Virus record (IMG/VR): IMGVR_UViG_3300027809_000002
Strand: one strand, 5' to 3'
Length of the DNA: 64,000 bases
Source of the DNA: a virus
In this document: in pieces, positions 13,034 through 22,709 of the stretch
Position numbering within the stretch: position 1 is the stretch's first letter
Layout of the letters: each line of letters begins with the position of its first letter
Program-made: the position numbers and the translations under genes
The notes under the pieces: model-generated
What the model saw: only the letters and a program-made list of their open reading frames with translations
The model's database searches: none
What the model was told of the DNA's origin: nothing

Positions 13034-14669
13034 AGAAGAAGAAATCGGAACTAAACCTATAGGTGGTATTAGTCCGGTGAATAAAAACAGGCGACAATTT
13101 ATTCGTGAAGTACGTCAAGGTGTAAGACGTTCTCAAGTTGACCTTATCGACTTCATTCATTATTACCGTTCACATCCTGTAGAAGCTTGTTACGATATAT
13201 TAGGTATTTCACTTATGCCTTATCAGAAGGAACTATTAAAGAATTCTTGGTGCAAACCGTTCCCTCTTTGGTGTATGAGTCGTGGATCAGGTAAATCTTA
13301 TCTTGCTGCTATTGATATGGCCTTGAACGCTTTATTATTCCCTAATATGCGTATTGGCATTATCGCTCCTTCTTATCGTCAGTCTAAGTTCTTATTCCTG
13401 AAGTTTAAAGAAGAAGTATACAACAAATCGAAACTGCTACGAAAATTTGTTTCCGGTAATTTAAAAGAAGGTAATGAAGAGTGTAAATGTCAATTTTTAA
13501 ATGGTTCATTCATACAGGCGTTACCGCTTGGTGATGGTTCTACGATCCGCGGTCAGCGTTACAATAATATTTACGTGGATGAATATGCTGCTATCGATGA
13601 ACAAATTGTACGACTAGTTGTAGAGCCGATGTTAACCGTTAAACGTGCGTTCGATCCTAACAATCCTGAAAGTTCAGAAGGAAACCGTATCGTTATCTTC
13701 TCTTCTGCATACTACACTTGGAATCATTTCTACGCTGCAACTCAAAGATACTTGAGCCGTGTTAAAGCTGGAAATCCTGATTATTATGTAGCTATTGTTG
13801 ATTATCGTATGCCTTTAAAATATGGATTATACGATGAAAAAGCAATTCAGAAAGCGAAACGAGATAATACAGAAGGTGACTTTATGATGGAGTACGGATC
13901 AGTTTTCCAAAGTGAAAGCGCTGGTTCTTGGATTCCTACAATGTTATTTGACAGACGTATTCGTTGGGCTGAAGAATTAGAACCAAGATTAATGGGAGAA
14001 AAACATAAATCATACGGTTTATATTGTGACTTCTCTATCTCACAAAAAGACTTTGCTGATAATACTACATTCTTGGTTTGTGAACTTGATCCGCTTGGAT
14101 TTAACAAACCTGTAATGATGCGCGCCCAAAAAGGTATGACATTAGAAGAAATACATGCACAAATGCGTAAGTATGACCGTGACTTTAACCTTGACCATAT
14201 TTGGATGGATGGTGAGAAATTAGGATTAGCATTAAAAGGTTACTTGGAAAAATCTTATGATGACCCTGATTCTAAACAAGAACAATTACCGCTGCTTGAT
14301 ATGGAAGGAAATAATCCTGATGTATACGGTAAGAAGATTGTAAAATACTTCAAACATAATCAGGAGAACAACCATAACATGGGACTTGCTGCTAAACGTA
14401 TGATTGAACAAAAACGTATTTATATGCCTGTATTGCAAGATCGTCACGAAGAACCGGATATCGAATTAGCATTCCTTGAGTTAATCGCAATGAAAAAAGA
14501 GATTACGCAAATCAAAGCTGTACCAAGTGGAATGTATTATAAATTCGAACAGGAGAAAAAGTCAGGACTTAAACGTGACCGCTGGACGGTATTCGCTTAT
14601 AGCTGTATGGCATTGGAGCAAAGATTGAATGGAGAAGAGGAAGATGATTTCATTTTCGCGGTTGTATAA
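13026..14669 (+). CDS. terminase large subunit
   Basis: Walker A-like SRGSGKS, Walker B IYVDE, appropriate size, and synteny with the portal gene. Confidence 0.85.
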   Translation: MSKEEEIGTKPIGGISPVNKNRRQFIREVRQGVRRSQVDLIDFIHYYRSHPVEACYDILGISLMPYQKELLKNSWCKPFPLWCMSRGSGKSYLAAIDMALNALLFPNMRIGIIAPSYRQSKFLFLKFKEEVYNKSKLLRKFVSGNLKEGNEECKCQFLNGSFIQALPLGDGSTIRGQRYNNIYVDEYAAIDEQIVRLVVEPMLTVKRAFDPNNPESSEGNRIVIFSSAYYTWNHFYAATQRYLSRVKAGNPDYYVAIVDYRMPLKYGLYDEKAIQKAKRDNTEGDFMMEYGSVFQSESAGSWIPTMLFDRRIRWAEELEPRLMGEKHKSYGLYCDFSISQKDFADNTTFLVCELDPLGFNKPVMMRAQKGMTLEEIHAQMRKYDRDFNLDHIWMDGEKLGLALKGYLEKSYDDPDSKQEQLPLLDMEGNNPDVYGKKIVKYFKHNQENNHNMGLAAKRMIEQKRIYMPVLQDRHEEPDIELAFLELIAMKKEITQIKAVPSGMYYKFEQEKKSGLKRDRWTVFAYSCMALEQRLNGEEEDDFIFAVV

Positions 14670-14732
14670 TGACCTTTTAAATTAAAAACTCTTCTTTGGT
14701 AAGGGCTATTGCGAAATTAAAATATGCACTTT

Positions 14733-14752
14733 GTAATACTGTTTTATAGAAA
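14733..14752 (+). promoter_or_regulatory. second copy of the conserved 20-mer (candidate late promoter)
   Basis: GTAATACTGTTTTATAGAAA, about 20 nt upstream of the portal gene start. Confidence 0.5.
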
Positions 14753-14771
14753 TTGAGGAAGGAGGTTGAAC

Positions 14772-16142
14772 ATGGAAGAAGTTGCTAAAGGCGGTTACGT
14801 ACCGAAGACTGAAGAAGACTATGCTTTTGGTTCTGCTCGTACTAATAAGGAAGAGAGAGAACGGTATAGTTCAGCGGTATTGCATAACGCCGGATTAGAA
14901 ACAAACGAACTATTGGCTGATTATCAAAACAATTTCCCTAAAATTGTAAGCCTTGCTCATTTCTATGCTGATAAAATTGGACTTGTTAAGTCTAGTATCC
15001 GTGTTTATGTTACCTTTACTTATGGTGACATCTTATTTGATGGTGGTACTAAAAAGAACTTGAAGTTCTGTCAGACCATGAAAAAGAAATTAAAGTTAAA
15101 CAAGGTACTTAGACAAAGTTTACAAGACCTTTATAAAGCAGGTAACATCTTTTGGTTTCGTGAAAAAGATGATAAAGGAAAAACAGTTTGGATTCATCAA
15201 TTAGCTCCTGCTGATGTTAAAGTTAAAGGTCATTTTCGTGATAGACCTGTAGCTGAATTGAAACTTAATACGACTGATGAAACTACAGTCCCATATGGTT
15301 TAAGTAAAGGGACGACAGAAAATTATAAATTACCTTTAGAACAATCTTATCATTGTGCGATTGATCGAGAAGGATATAGTCGTTACGGTAAATCAATTGT
15401 TACATCTGCATTTGAGCCAATTCAACATATTGAAGAATTGATGGATATGGAAAAAGAAACAATCGACCAAGTTATTGACTTCATGATTATCTTTACTATC
15501 GGTGACAAAGACAGACCTGCTGGTGAAAAGGCGATCAATAAGTTAACCGAAAAAGTACAGAACTTAAAAAATAGTTCTCGTTTAGTTGGTAATCACACAT
15601 TAAAAGCTCAAGAAATTAAGCCTGATACAGCATTATTCAATCCTGAAAAATATGAAGTGCCGATGAAAATGTTATTACAATCATTGGGTATCACTCCATC
15701 AATCTTTACGGGTGAAGGTAGTTATGCCACTGCAAGTGCTGGTATGATGTCCGCTAAACAAACAATGGAAAATGCGCGTGAGGAAATCATTGATGCATTG
15801 GATCAGTTGTTCTATGATATGGCCGTTGAAACTGGGTTGAATCCTGATAATAACCCAACTATTAAATTAGGTAAGTTAAACCTTACTGATGAAAAAATTC
15901 AACATGCTATATTAAGAGACTTATATCTTGACGGTATCCTTTCAGGTGATACTTATGCTGAACAGCATGGATATGATCTTGAAGCTGAACAAAAAGAAAT
16001 TCAAGAAGAGAAGAAGTATAAAATCGAACCACGCCCAATGTCAAGCACGATGTCGTTTGGTAATGAAGGTGGTCGTCCTTCTGATTCACCTCAAGGTGCA
16101 AATCCTGATAATCCTGATAAGAAACCATCAAGGGATCAATAG
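14772..16142 (+). CDS. portal protein
   Basis: GAGGAAGGAGG RBS. About 456 aa, directly after the large terminase. Confidence 0.7.
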   Translation: MEEVAKGGYVPKTEEDYAFGSARTNKEERERYSSAVLHNAGLETNELLADYQNNFPKIVSLAHFYADKIGLVKSSIRVYVTFTYGDILFDGGTKKNLKFCQTMKKKLKLNKVLRQSLQDLYKAGNIFWFREKDDKGKTVWIHQLAPADVKVKGHFRDRPVAELKLNTTDETTVPYGLSKGTTENYKLPLEQSYHCAIDREGYSRYGKSIVTSAFEPIQHIEELMDMEKETIDQVIDFMIIFTIGDKDRPAGEKAINKLTEKVQNLKNSSRLVGNHTLKAQEIKPDTALFNPEKYEVPMKMLLQSLGITPSIFTGEGSYATASAGMMSAKQTMENAREEIIDALDQLFYDMAVETGLNPDNNPTIKLGKLNLTDEKIQHAILRDLYLDGILSGDTYAEQHGYDLEAEQKEIQEEKKYKIEPRPMSSTMSFGNEGGRPSDSPQGANPDNPDKKPSRDQ

Positions 16143-16153
16143 GAGGTGAAAAG

Positions 16154-17164
16154 ATGCTGAAGTTCGAAAGAGCTGATATAACAAAATTTGAATTTGCTGA
16201 AACGAAAAATCATTACGATTTCACTTACATTTTAGCTTCTTCAGTACCTAACTTTAATGGTTGGCATGCTGATGCTGAAGCTTTAGAAGCTGCTAAAGAA
16301 ACGATTATCAACGAACCTTTAATCATTGTTCCTGATTGGGACAACTTACCTACAGGACATTCGTTAGCAAATTTCCCTAAATTAGATTGGGATGCAAAAA
16401 TAATCGGCACTCATATAGCCGCTGAAACGTTTGTTGAAAATGAAATAACTCATTTAAAAACTACAGCTAGGGTATGGAAAATTAGACATCCTGAAGAAGC
16501 TGAACAAATGAAAATGCTTCATGAAGCTGGTTCTCTTAGATTCTCAATGGAATGTTCATTTGAAGAAGCTGGCGTTGAAGGTACTATTCGTAAAGCTAAA
16601 GATGTTAAATTTATAGGTTCTGCTGTAGTCGATGATCCGGCAAATCCTTTTAGCTATTCGCTAGAGGTTGCAAATAAAAAAAAAGAACAAGGAGGTTCAA
16701 ATTCTATGTTTAAAACATTAGAAGAAGCGGTTGCTCATATCGGCGGTCTTAATGTTAAGTTAGAATCTGCTGAAACAAAATTAGCTACTGCTACTAAAAC
16801 TATCGAAACTTTAACAGGTGAAAAATCAACATTAGCTGAAACTTTAGAAACTGCTAACAAGAATGTTGACAAATTAACTGCTGAAGTTAAAACACTTACT
16901 GAAGAAAAAGAAACTGCTGCAAAGGCTAAATTAGCTACAGAACGTTTTGCTGAAATGGCTGAATACGTTGAATACACTGAAGCTGAAAAAACTGAAACTG
17001 CTGCTAAATTCGGTGAAATGTCTGAAGAAGTTTATGGTTTAGTTTTAGAAACAGCTAAACGCAATGGTAAAAAAGAAGCACAAACTGAAGTTGCTGGTGT
17101 ATCTTCTGATACAAAAGTTAACGTAAAAACTAACAAAAGTTCACTTGCTGGACTAATTGATTAA
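16154..17164 (+). CDS. scaffolding protein, possibly a protease-scaffold fusion
   Basis: The C-terminal half is an A/E/K/T-rich coiled coil. Lies between the portal and capsid genes. Confidence 0.5.
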   Translation: MLKFERADITKFEFAETKNHYDFTYILASSVPNFNGWHADAEALEAAKETIINEPLIIVPDWDNLPTGHSLANFPKLDWDAKIIGTHIAAETFVENEITHLKTTARVWKIRHPEEAEQMKMLHEAGSLRFSMECSFEEAGVEGTIRKAKDVKFIGSAVVDDPANPFSYSLEVANKKKEQGGSNSMFKTLEEAVAHIGGLNVKLESAETKLATATKTIETLTGEKSTLAETLETANKNVDKLTAEVKTLTEEKETAAKAKLATERFAEMAEYVEYTEAEKTETAAKFGEMSEEVYGLVLETAKRNGKKEAQTEVAGVSSDTKVNVKTNKSSLAGLID

Positions 17165-17180
17165 TAGGAGGTAATTTATA

Positions 17181-17621
17181 ATGGCATTTGCTCGTTTTAC
17201 AAACCCTGAGTCTTTCTACTACCGTAAAGATTTAACAGTAACAAAACATGGTGATTGCATCGCGAAAGTTGATTTACCTTTCGGTACACCAGCTAAACGC
17301 GATCCAAAAACTAAATTATTAGAACCTGCTGCTGATTCTACGCAATTCGAAGGTATCGTCGATAAAATCATCCTTGATTATCAAGAAACTGACCGTGGTC
17401 GTTTAAAAGTTAAAGCTGGCGAACGTTGTCGTCTTGGTGTTGGTTATGAATATGAATTCGTAACTAAAGGTTTAGCTTCTGTTGATCCTGCATTAGTTGT
17501 TGGTGATGCTGTAGAAGTTAAAGCAGGTAAATTTATTAAACTAGCTACTGGTGTAGCGGTTGGTGTAGTAACAGAAAAATTTGCAAATGGCGAAATTGCT
17601 ATCGCTATTAAAAAGGCATAA
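17181..17621 (+). CDS. head decoration-like protein
   Basis: Lambda D-like position between the scaffold and major capsid genes. Codon usage typical of a highly expressed gene. Confidence 0.4.
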   Translation: MAFARFTNPESFYYRKDLTVTKHGDCIAKVDLPFGTPAKRDPKTKLLEPAADSTQFEGIVDKIILDYQETDRGRLKVKAGERCRLGVGYEYEFVTKGLASVDPALVVGDAVEVKAGKFIKLATGVAVGVVTEKFANGEIAIAIKKA

Positions 17622-17636
17622 GGAGGTTTTTATATA

Positions 17637-18575
17637 ATGGCTTACACTGTTGCAGAACGTAAAAAGTTTTTTGAACAAGTTAAAGAATACTCTACAGCTT
17701 CAACATATGATGAAAAAGCTCAAGCTTTATCAAAAGTAATCCAAAATTTAGCTATGACAACAGCAGGTAAAGAAGAGCTTGCACAATTAATCACTGAGAA
17801 TTTAGAAGCGGAAATGAAAGCATACGATATTCGTCCTTTACTTTTCGATACTAAACCTCGTGCTTGGAATGAAAAAGTTGAGTACAAACGTAAAGGTAAA
17901 TTCCGTGCGTTCCACATTACTCGCGGTGGTTACGTTCCTAAATCTCAAATCTTCCAAGATGTAGTAATGGCAATGCCTGAAGAGTTTGCTGTTCGTCCAG
18001 CTTGTCACGAAGACCAATTAAAAACAGGTCGTATCGGTTCAGTTGAAGAGTTACGTTCAGGTGCTATTGAAGCATTAGTTACTCTATACTGCAAATACTT
18101 CTACAAAACTTTAGAAACTGTTGTAAACGTAACTGACTTACCGAACAACGTATTTAAAATCAATGGAGCTTTAGATAAAGTAACATTAGATAAAGCTTTA
18201 GCTGCTGCTGCAAAACATGGTAGTGTATCAATCGTTGGTACTTACCAATCACTATTACCAATCACTGATTTCACTGGTTACACTGATACACAAAAAGATG
18301 AAATCATGCGTACTGGTAAATTAGGTGTTTACCGTGGAGCTAACATCGTTCGTTTAGACGAATTCTACGATGAAGACGGACAAGACGTAATCAAGCAAGA
18401 CACTATCTTCTTAGTAGTTCGTAAAGCTGGTCACGTTGATGATTTCGGTGAAACATCTAACAAAGCGATCACTGATGACGAACACGATGAATTCTCTATC
18501 AAGATTAAAAAATGGTGGGGCTTCACTATTTTATATCCTGAATATGTGTTCATGATTAAAACGAACGCTCAATAA
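17637..18575 (+). CDS. major capsid protein
   Basis: Synteny, 312 aa, strong AGGAGG RBS, strongly biased codon usage. Confidence 0.7.
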   Translation: MAYTVAERKKFFEQVKEYSTASTYDEKAQALSKVIQNLAMTTAGKEELAQLITENLEAEMKAYDIRPLLFDTKPRAWNEKVEYKRKGKFRAFHITRGGYVPKSQIFQDVVMAMPEEFAVRPACHEDQLKTGRIGSVEELRSGAIEALVTLYCKYFYKTLETVVNVTDLPNNVFKINGALDKVTLDKALAAAAKHGSVSIVGTYQSLLPITDFTGYTDTQKDEIMRTGKLGVYRGANIVRLDEFYDEDGQDVIKQDTIFLVVRKAGHVDDFGETSNKAITDDEHDEFSIKIKKWWGFTILYPEYVFMIKTNAQ

Positions 18576-18626
18576 TAGGAGGGGATTTTCCCCTCTTAAA
18601 TTTAAAAACAAGGGAGAGGTCAGGGA

Positions 18627-19016
18627 ATGGCTGCTAAACGATTTGTATTCAAAAACAATTATAGAGGTTTCTTATCAATCAACTTCGATGGGATTTATCC
18701 TACAAGATCGGCTGAGACTGGAAGACAACTTACATTATCTGAAGAAGAGTATGACCATATTAAAATGTACTCACCAAAAACACTTTACAGATTCTTAGAG
18801 CCTGTTGGTTTTAAATTTGATAAAGAAGTAGAAGTTGTACCATTTGAGCCGGAATATTATTTCGAACTTCGTGACGAAAAACGTACTGAAATTTTAAAAA
18901 CTTTAACTTTAGAACAATTAGTTAGTATTCAGGATTTAGCGCTTCAAAATGAAATTGACAATAACGCTACTGATGCTGTAAAACAACAAATCCTATTAGC
19001 TGCTGCTGGTAAGTAG
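18627..19016 (+). CDS. hypothetical head-associated protein
   Basis: Assigned by position. GGGAGAGG RBS. Confidence 0.45.
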   Translation: MAAKRFVFKNNYRGFLSINFDGIYPTRSAETGRQLTLSEEEYDHIKMYSPKTLYRFLEPVGFKFDKEVEVVPFEPEYYFELRDEKRTEILKTLTLEQLVSIQDLALQNEIDNNATDAVKQQILLAAAGK

Positions 19017-19017
19017 T

Positions 19018-19380
19018 ATGGAGCGTTTACTACAGGTCATTAGGCGTAGATTAGCTGATTTAGAGCTGATGGATAAACTTCCTGAAGAGAAGACCGCATT
19101 CACTAATGAATATTTAACTGACGTTCTAAATGATGCATTAGATACGTTAGGTTATGAAGTGCCTTTACCTTCCAAGAGACACGAACAGTTAATCGCCTTA
19201 GAGGGCGCTATAATTGTAGTCACTGGTTTAAAAGCTTGGAGTGACGGTGAAAGTTATTCATACAAATCTGATGCTGTACAAGTAACGCGTGGACTTATGC
19301 CACGACATTTCAAAGATACAATTTCACTGTTAAACGGTCAGAAGAACGAAATAATTGAAGGGATTGTGATGGAACTATGA
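19018..19380 (+). CDS. head-tail connector/adaptor (gp6-like)
   Basis: Assigned from position and the N-terminal helical pattern. Confidence 0.45.
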   Translation: MERLLQVIRRRLADLELMDKLPEEKTAFTNEYLTDVLNDALDTLGYEVPLPSKRHEQLIALEGAIIVVTGLKAWSDGESYSYKSDAVQVTRGLMPRHFKDTISLLNGQKNEIIEGIVMEL

Positions 19381-19550
19381 ATTTAAATAAAACGGTTAAG
19401 TCGGAAGAGTCTTGGAAGATGCATGTTGATTTATTAAGATATGTTGACTGTATTGAAAATAAATCTCTTAGAGCATTGATTAAAACTAAAGTCCTTGACG
19501 TTGCAAATGCAGTTAAGGATTCAATAGAAGAATTAGAAGGAGGTCATTAA
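19377..19550 (+). CDS. hypothetical protein (57 aa, below the ORF-track cutoff)
   Basis: ATGA overlap with the upstream stop. Fills the gap before the tail gene. Confidence 0.45.
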   Translation: MNLNKTVKSEESWKMHVDLLRYVDCIENKSLRALIKTKVLDVANAVKDSIEELEGGH

Positions 19551-19552
19551 TA

Positions 19553-20065
19553 ATGGCTGAAGTAGTATTTACTGGTAGAGAAGAAATCTATAATGGTTTC
19601 AACCGAAAACTTTATTTTACAACAACATCTGCTAAAGCATTACCAACTGATACTAATATCGTTTGGACTGAGTTAGGTTATGATGATTCATTTAGTTTCG
19701 ATGAAAACGAAAACGAAACACAAAAATACAACAAGCGTAGTAAATCACACAAGAAAAAAGGACGTAAAGAGTACACGTTTGATATTTCTCAAATGTATGC
19801 TGGTGTTCAATTTTCTATCTTCATGCTTAAAGGTAAGAATGGTACACTTAAACAAATAACAACTAATGATATGGATCAAGTTGTAGAGGTTAACTTCTTC
19901 CACAATTGCGATATCAACTCTCCTAAATTCGCTGGTGGTGGCGATGACAAGGACGATACGATTTCTGCTTCAGGTTCTTACGAAAATCGTTTCTTATATG
20001 ACAAGGAAGGAACTGGCGCTAAGTTATTGTTCGCAACTGACGGAAGCCATGTGGTTACACCCTAG
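19553..20065 (+). CDS. major tail protein (short form)
   Basis: GAAGGAGG RBS, 170 aa, assigned by position. Followed by a terminator at 20355-20387. Confidence 0.6.
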   Translation: MAEVVFTGREEIYNGFNRKLYFTTTSAKALPTDTNIVWTELGYDDSFSFDENENETQKYNKRSKSHKKKGRKEYTFDISQMYAGVQFSIFMLKGKNGTLKQITTNDMDQVVEVNFFHNCDINSPKFAGGGDDKDDTISASGSYENRFLYDKEGTGAKLLFATDGSHVVTP

Positions 20066-20345
20066 CGCTCCCCTAGCGCCAACTGGCTTAAAGGTTGATA
20101 CTAAAACTGATACATCAATTAAGATCAGCTGGACAGCCGTAACGGATAGCAGGGGTATTAAAGGTTATGACGTTTACCAAGATGGAGTCAAGAAAACGAC
20201 TCTTGTCGGTTTAACTCATACAGCTAGTGGTTTAACTGCTAACACTGAATACAAATTCAAAATTAAAGCTGTAGCAAATGACGATATGGTTTCTGACTTC
20301 AGTACAGAATTAGCCGTAACAACGAATGCTGCTACAGGTGGATGA
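19553..20345 (+). CDS. major tail protein long form with a C-terminal FN3 domain, made by a +1 frameshift at 20060-20065
   Basis: The zero frame ends ACA CCC TAG. The +1 frame continues AGC GCT CCC... and encodes a clear FN3-like domain (PTGLKVDTKTDTSIKISWTAV...YKFKIKAV). Confidence 0.6.
20060..20065 (+). other. candidate +1 programmed frameshift site CCC_TAG
   Basis: A shifty proline codon followed by a stop codon. CCCTAGCGC is duplicated at 20060-20068 and 20071-20079. Confidence 0.55.
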
Positions 20346-20354
20346 TGAAAAAGG

Positions 20355-20387
20355 TGGCAAGGGGATGATTCCTCTTGTCATTTTTTA
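20355..20387 (+). terminator. intrinsic terminator after the tail gene
   Basis: 11-bp stem TGGCAAGGGGA/TCCTCTTGTCA, loop TGAT, T6 run. Confidence 0.75.
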
Positions 20388-20402
20388 TTAGGAGGGGATT
20401 AT

Positions 20403-21095
20403 ATGTTAAGTTATATGCACGAAGAGATATATGTATACATCGATAACCTTATAACTGAAGAAGTTAAAAAGACAGGTGATAATATATCTTTCGATGATAA
20501 TTGGTACGGAATAAGAAAAGGTAAAATTAAAATTATCTTAGGTGGAGCTACAACTAAATTAACAATTAAACTAAATGAAGGTACAGCTGTACTTGATTTT
20601 GTCGGTAAAGCAAACGATGTAGTAGAGTTGGATTTTGAAAAGATGATATTTAAATTGAATAATAAACTGATATTCTTGAGTTCGTATATAGCCCCTGCCA
20701 ATACAGAAGTCGTCAAAATAAGCCTATCGTTTGGTACGGGCAGTCACCAGTTCTCTTATTTTGGATTAAAAGAAGTTAAGAACGACAATGACTTAAACTT
20801 CTGCACATCACTGGATTATAACTATTCAGAAGAAAAAATGACACGAACAAATATAAATAACGAAACAATTGATATTGGGAGTGCGAAACCGGAATATTCA
20901 TGGAGTATTAATGGTTTATGGAACAACGAGGAAGTTAGTAAATTTGGCGATTTGTTCAATTTACGTTTCATTGATGAAGATGGCAAACCTATGGTTAGGT
21001 TAGTCGGCTGTACAAGAAACAGCTTTAAAAATGGTTCTTCAGACAGTGGAGATTTAACTTATTCGTTGAGTGGTAAATTCAAAAAAATCATGTAA
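20403..21095 (+). CDS. hypothetical structural protein (230 aa)
   Basis: AGGAGGGGA RBS. Lies within the tail module. Confidence 0.45.
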   Translation: MLSYMHEEIYVYIDNLITEEVKKTGDNISFDDNWYGIRKGKIKIILGGATTKLTIKLNEGTAVLDFVGKANDVVELDFEKMIFKLNNKLIFLSSYIAPANTEVVKISLSFGTGSHQFSYFGLKEVKNDNDLNFCTSLDYNYSEEKMTRTNINNETIDIGSAKPEYSWSINGLWNNEEVSKFGDLFNLRFIDEDGKPMVRLVGCTRNSFKNGSSDSGDLTYSLSGKFKKIM

Positions 21096-21111
21096 AGGTA
21101 TGGTGTTGAAA

Positions 21112-21561
21112 ATGGCTGTATTAAAATTCACTGACAAAATTAAGAGTTTAAAACGTAAATCGAATGTTGATTTCATTGATGGAACTGGCGAAGTTGTATC
21201 ATTTGAAGTAACTTCTGTAAAACAAGAAGCTTTAGATGAAATCAATAACAAGTATAATGCATTAGTACCAGCAGTACCTACTAAAAAATTACCTTCTCAA
21301 AAAGGAATCAAAGTTGTTGCTGATCCTGATAATCCTGTTTACAAAGCTGAAGTCATTCGTATTGATAAAGAACGTATGTATGAAATGGCTGCTCTTTTCT
21401 TACGTGAAGGAGAAGGTCTTGAAGGTACAGTTGAAGAACAAGTTGAACTTATTAAATCAGTTGAGCTTGCTGGATTCGTTGGTAAAGTTGTAAATAAAGG
21501 TCTTGAAGTTTCAGGTCTTTTAAATGATGAATCTGATGAAGAAATCGAAGAGGGAAAGTAA
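21112..21561 (+). CDS. tail assembly chaperone (gpG-like)
   Basis: Acidic C-terminus. Ends in the slippery heptamer GGGAAAG immediately before its stop. The start could be 21100. Confidence 0.65.
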   Translation: MAVLKFTDKIKSLKRKSNVDFIDGTGEVVSFEVTSVKQEALDEINNKYNALVPAVPTKKLPSQKGIKVVADPDNPVYKAEVIRIDKERMYEMAALFLREGEGLEGTVEEQVELIKSVELAGFVGKVVNKGLEVSGLLNDESDEEIEEGK

Positions 21562-21755
21562 GTCTTTGTCCTACTAAAAAAGTAGAAGAAGGAATTACCG
21601 ACTTTTATATAATGTTAGACTTGTGTGAACGCTATAGTATCAATCCTCAAGATTGGAATTCTATAGATCATGACAAACGAGTTCTTATGAGAGCCAAATG
21701 GGAACTTGACCGTGATTATCGCGATAGACAAGCTAAACAAAATCAAGGAGGGTAG
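21112..21755 (+). CDS. tail assembly chaperone frameshift product (gpGT-like)
   Basis: The -1 frame is open only from 21540 (TGA TGA at 21534-21539) to the TAG at 21753-21755. It has no start codon of its own near its 5' end. Confidence 0.6.
21552..21558 (+). other. -1 programmed frameshift heptamer G_GGA_AAG
   Basis: Same heptamer as the lambda G/GT site. Correct frame geometry. Confidence 0.65.
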
Positions 21756-21798
21756 GTGCTAAATGTGCCTATCCTCTTTTTATATAGGTGGTGAAAAT

Positions 21799-22230
21799 AT
21801 GAGAAATAACCCAATGGTAAAACCGATGTACGAAACAATGCGCCGTGATGTTAAAATGACCATCGATAAAGTAGGAGAAGAAGTTGTATTCGAATGGACT
21901 GAAATGGTTGGTGGCGTTTGGAATGAAGTATATGAGATTTGGGAAGGAGGGGTGATGAAAAAGAAGTTTTATAAAGAAATGGGTATCGGTAAAATTTACT
22001 GGTACAAAGAAGATTTAATTGAAGTTGAATATGGAAAGTTAAATGTCGGTGATTGTATCGTTCGTTTTGTTTATGATTCTCCTGTATTTGATGTTTTAAG
22101 AGGTAAGCATAACGTTGTATTTGTCTATAAAAACCAACGATTCGCTTTTAACTCCCCATTTGATATAGGTGATTCTATTCAAGGTAAGATGACTTGTAAA
22201 GTAGTCCGTGGTACTAAATCGACTGAATAG
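21799..22230 (+). CDS. head-closure / neck protein (putative)
   Basis: AGGTGGTG RBS. Size and neighbourhood are consistent. Confidence 0.35.
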   Translation: MRNNPMVKPMYETMRRDVKMTIDKVGEEVVFEWTEMVGGVWNEVYEIWEGGVMKKKFYKEMGIGKIYWYKEDLIEVEYGKLNVGDCIVRFVYDSPVFDVLRGKHNVVFVYKNQRFAFNSPFDIGDSIQGKMTCKVVRGTKSTE

Positions 22231-22240
22231 AGGTGTACCG

Positions 22241-22705
22241 ATGATTAAAATGAGTGTTGATACAAAAGATTTAGTTAAACTCGCTGCTCAACTTAGACAA
22301 TTTACGGCTGCTGCTGAACACGAAGCTCAAGGTGTTATTATCGAACTATCAGATAAGACTAATAGAGCGTTTGATAACAAGATGCTTAGTTTGGTATACG
22401 ACAAGTACACTCCTTACAAATACAAACGTACTGACCATTTAAGAGGTAAAGATGGTTCTAAAGTTGAGAATATGAGTGTTGATGGATCGTATGCAATGTA
22501 TGAATTTTACATTGATGAAAACAGTCGTGATAGAAAAGGTGAAACTTGGTACAACAAAGCTGAACGTGTTGAATCAGGTGATTTACGTGGATCAGCGCCG
22601 GAACGACCTTTCATTGAAGAAACTCAAAGTGAATTATTAAAAGGCTTAAAGCAAGCTGAAAGAAGTTATATGACTAGGATGAAAATGCTAATGAGTAGGA
22701 GGTGA
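22241..22705 (+). CDS. HK97 gp10-like tail-completion/neck protein (putative)
   Basis: AGAGGTG RBS. Remembered family pattern in the N-terminal helix. Confidence 0.35.
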   Translation: MIKMSVDTKDLVKLAAQLRQFTAAAEHEAQGVIIELSDKTNRAFDNKMLSLVYDKYTPYKYKRTDHLRGKDGSKVENMSVDGSYAMYEFYIDENSRDRKGETWYNKAERVESGDLRGSAPERPFIEETQSELLKGLKQAERSYMTRMKMLMSRR

Positions 22706-22709
22706 TTAG

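Noticed and set aside
19935-20062. The 5' part of ORF 19935..20345 as an independent gene
   Set aside because: Its first 42 or so codons are an out-of-frame overlap of the tail gene. They have no RBS and give a nonsensical sequence. Only the part downstream of 20064, the FN3 domain, looks real, and it is best explained by the +1 frameshift.
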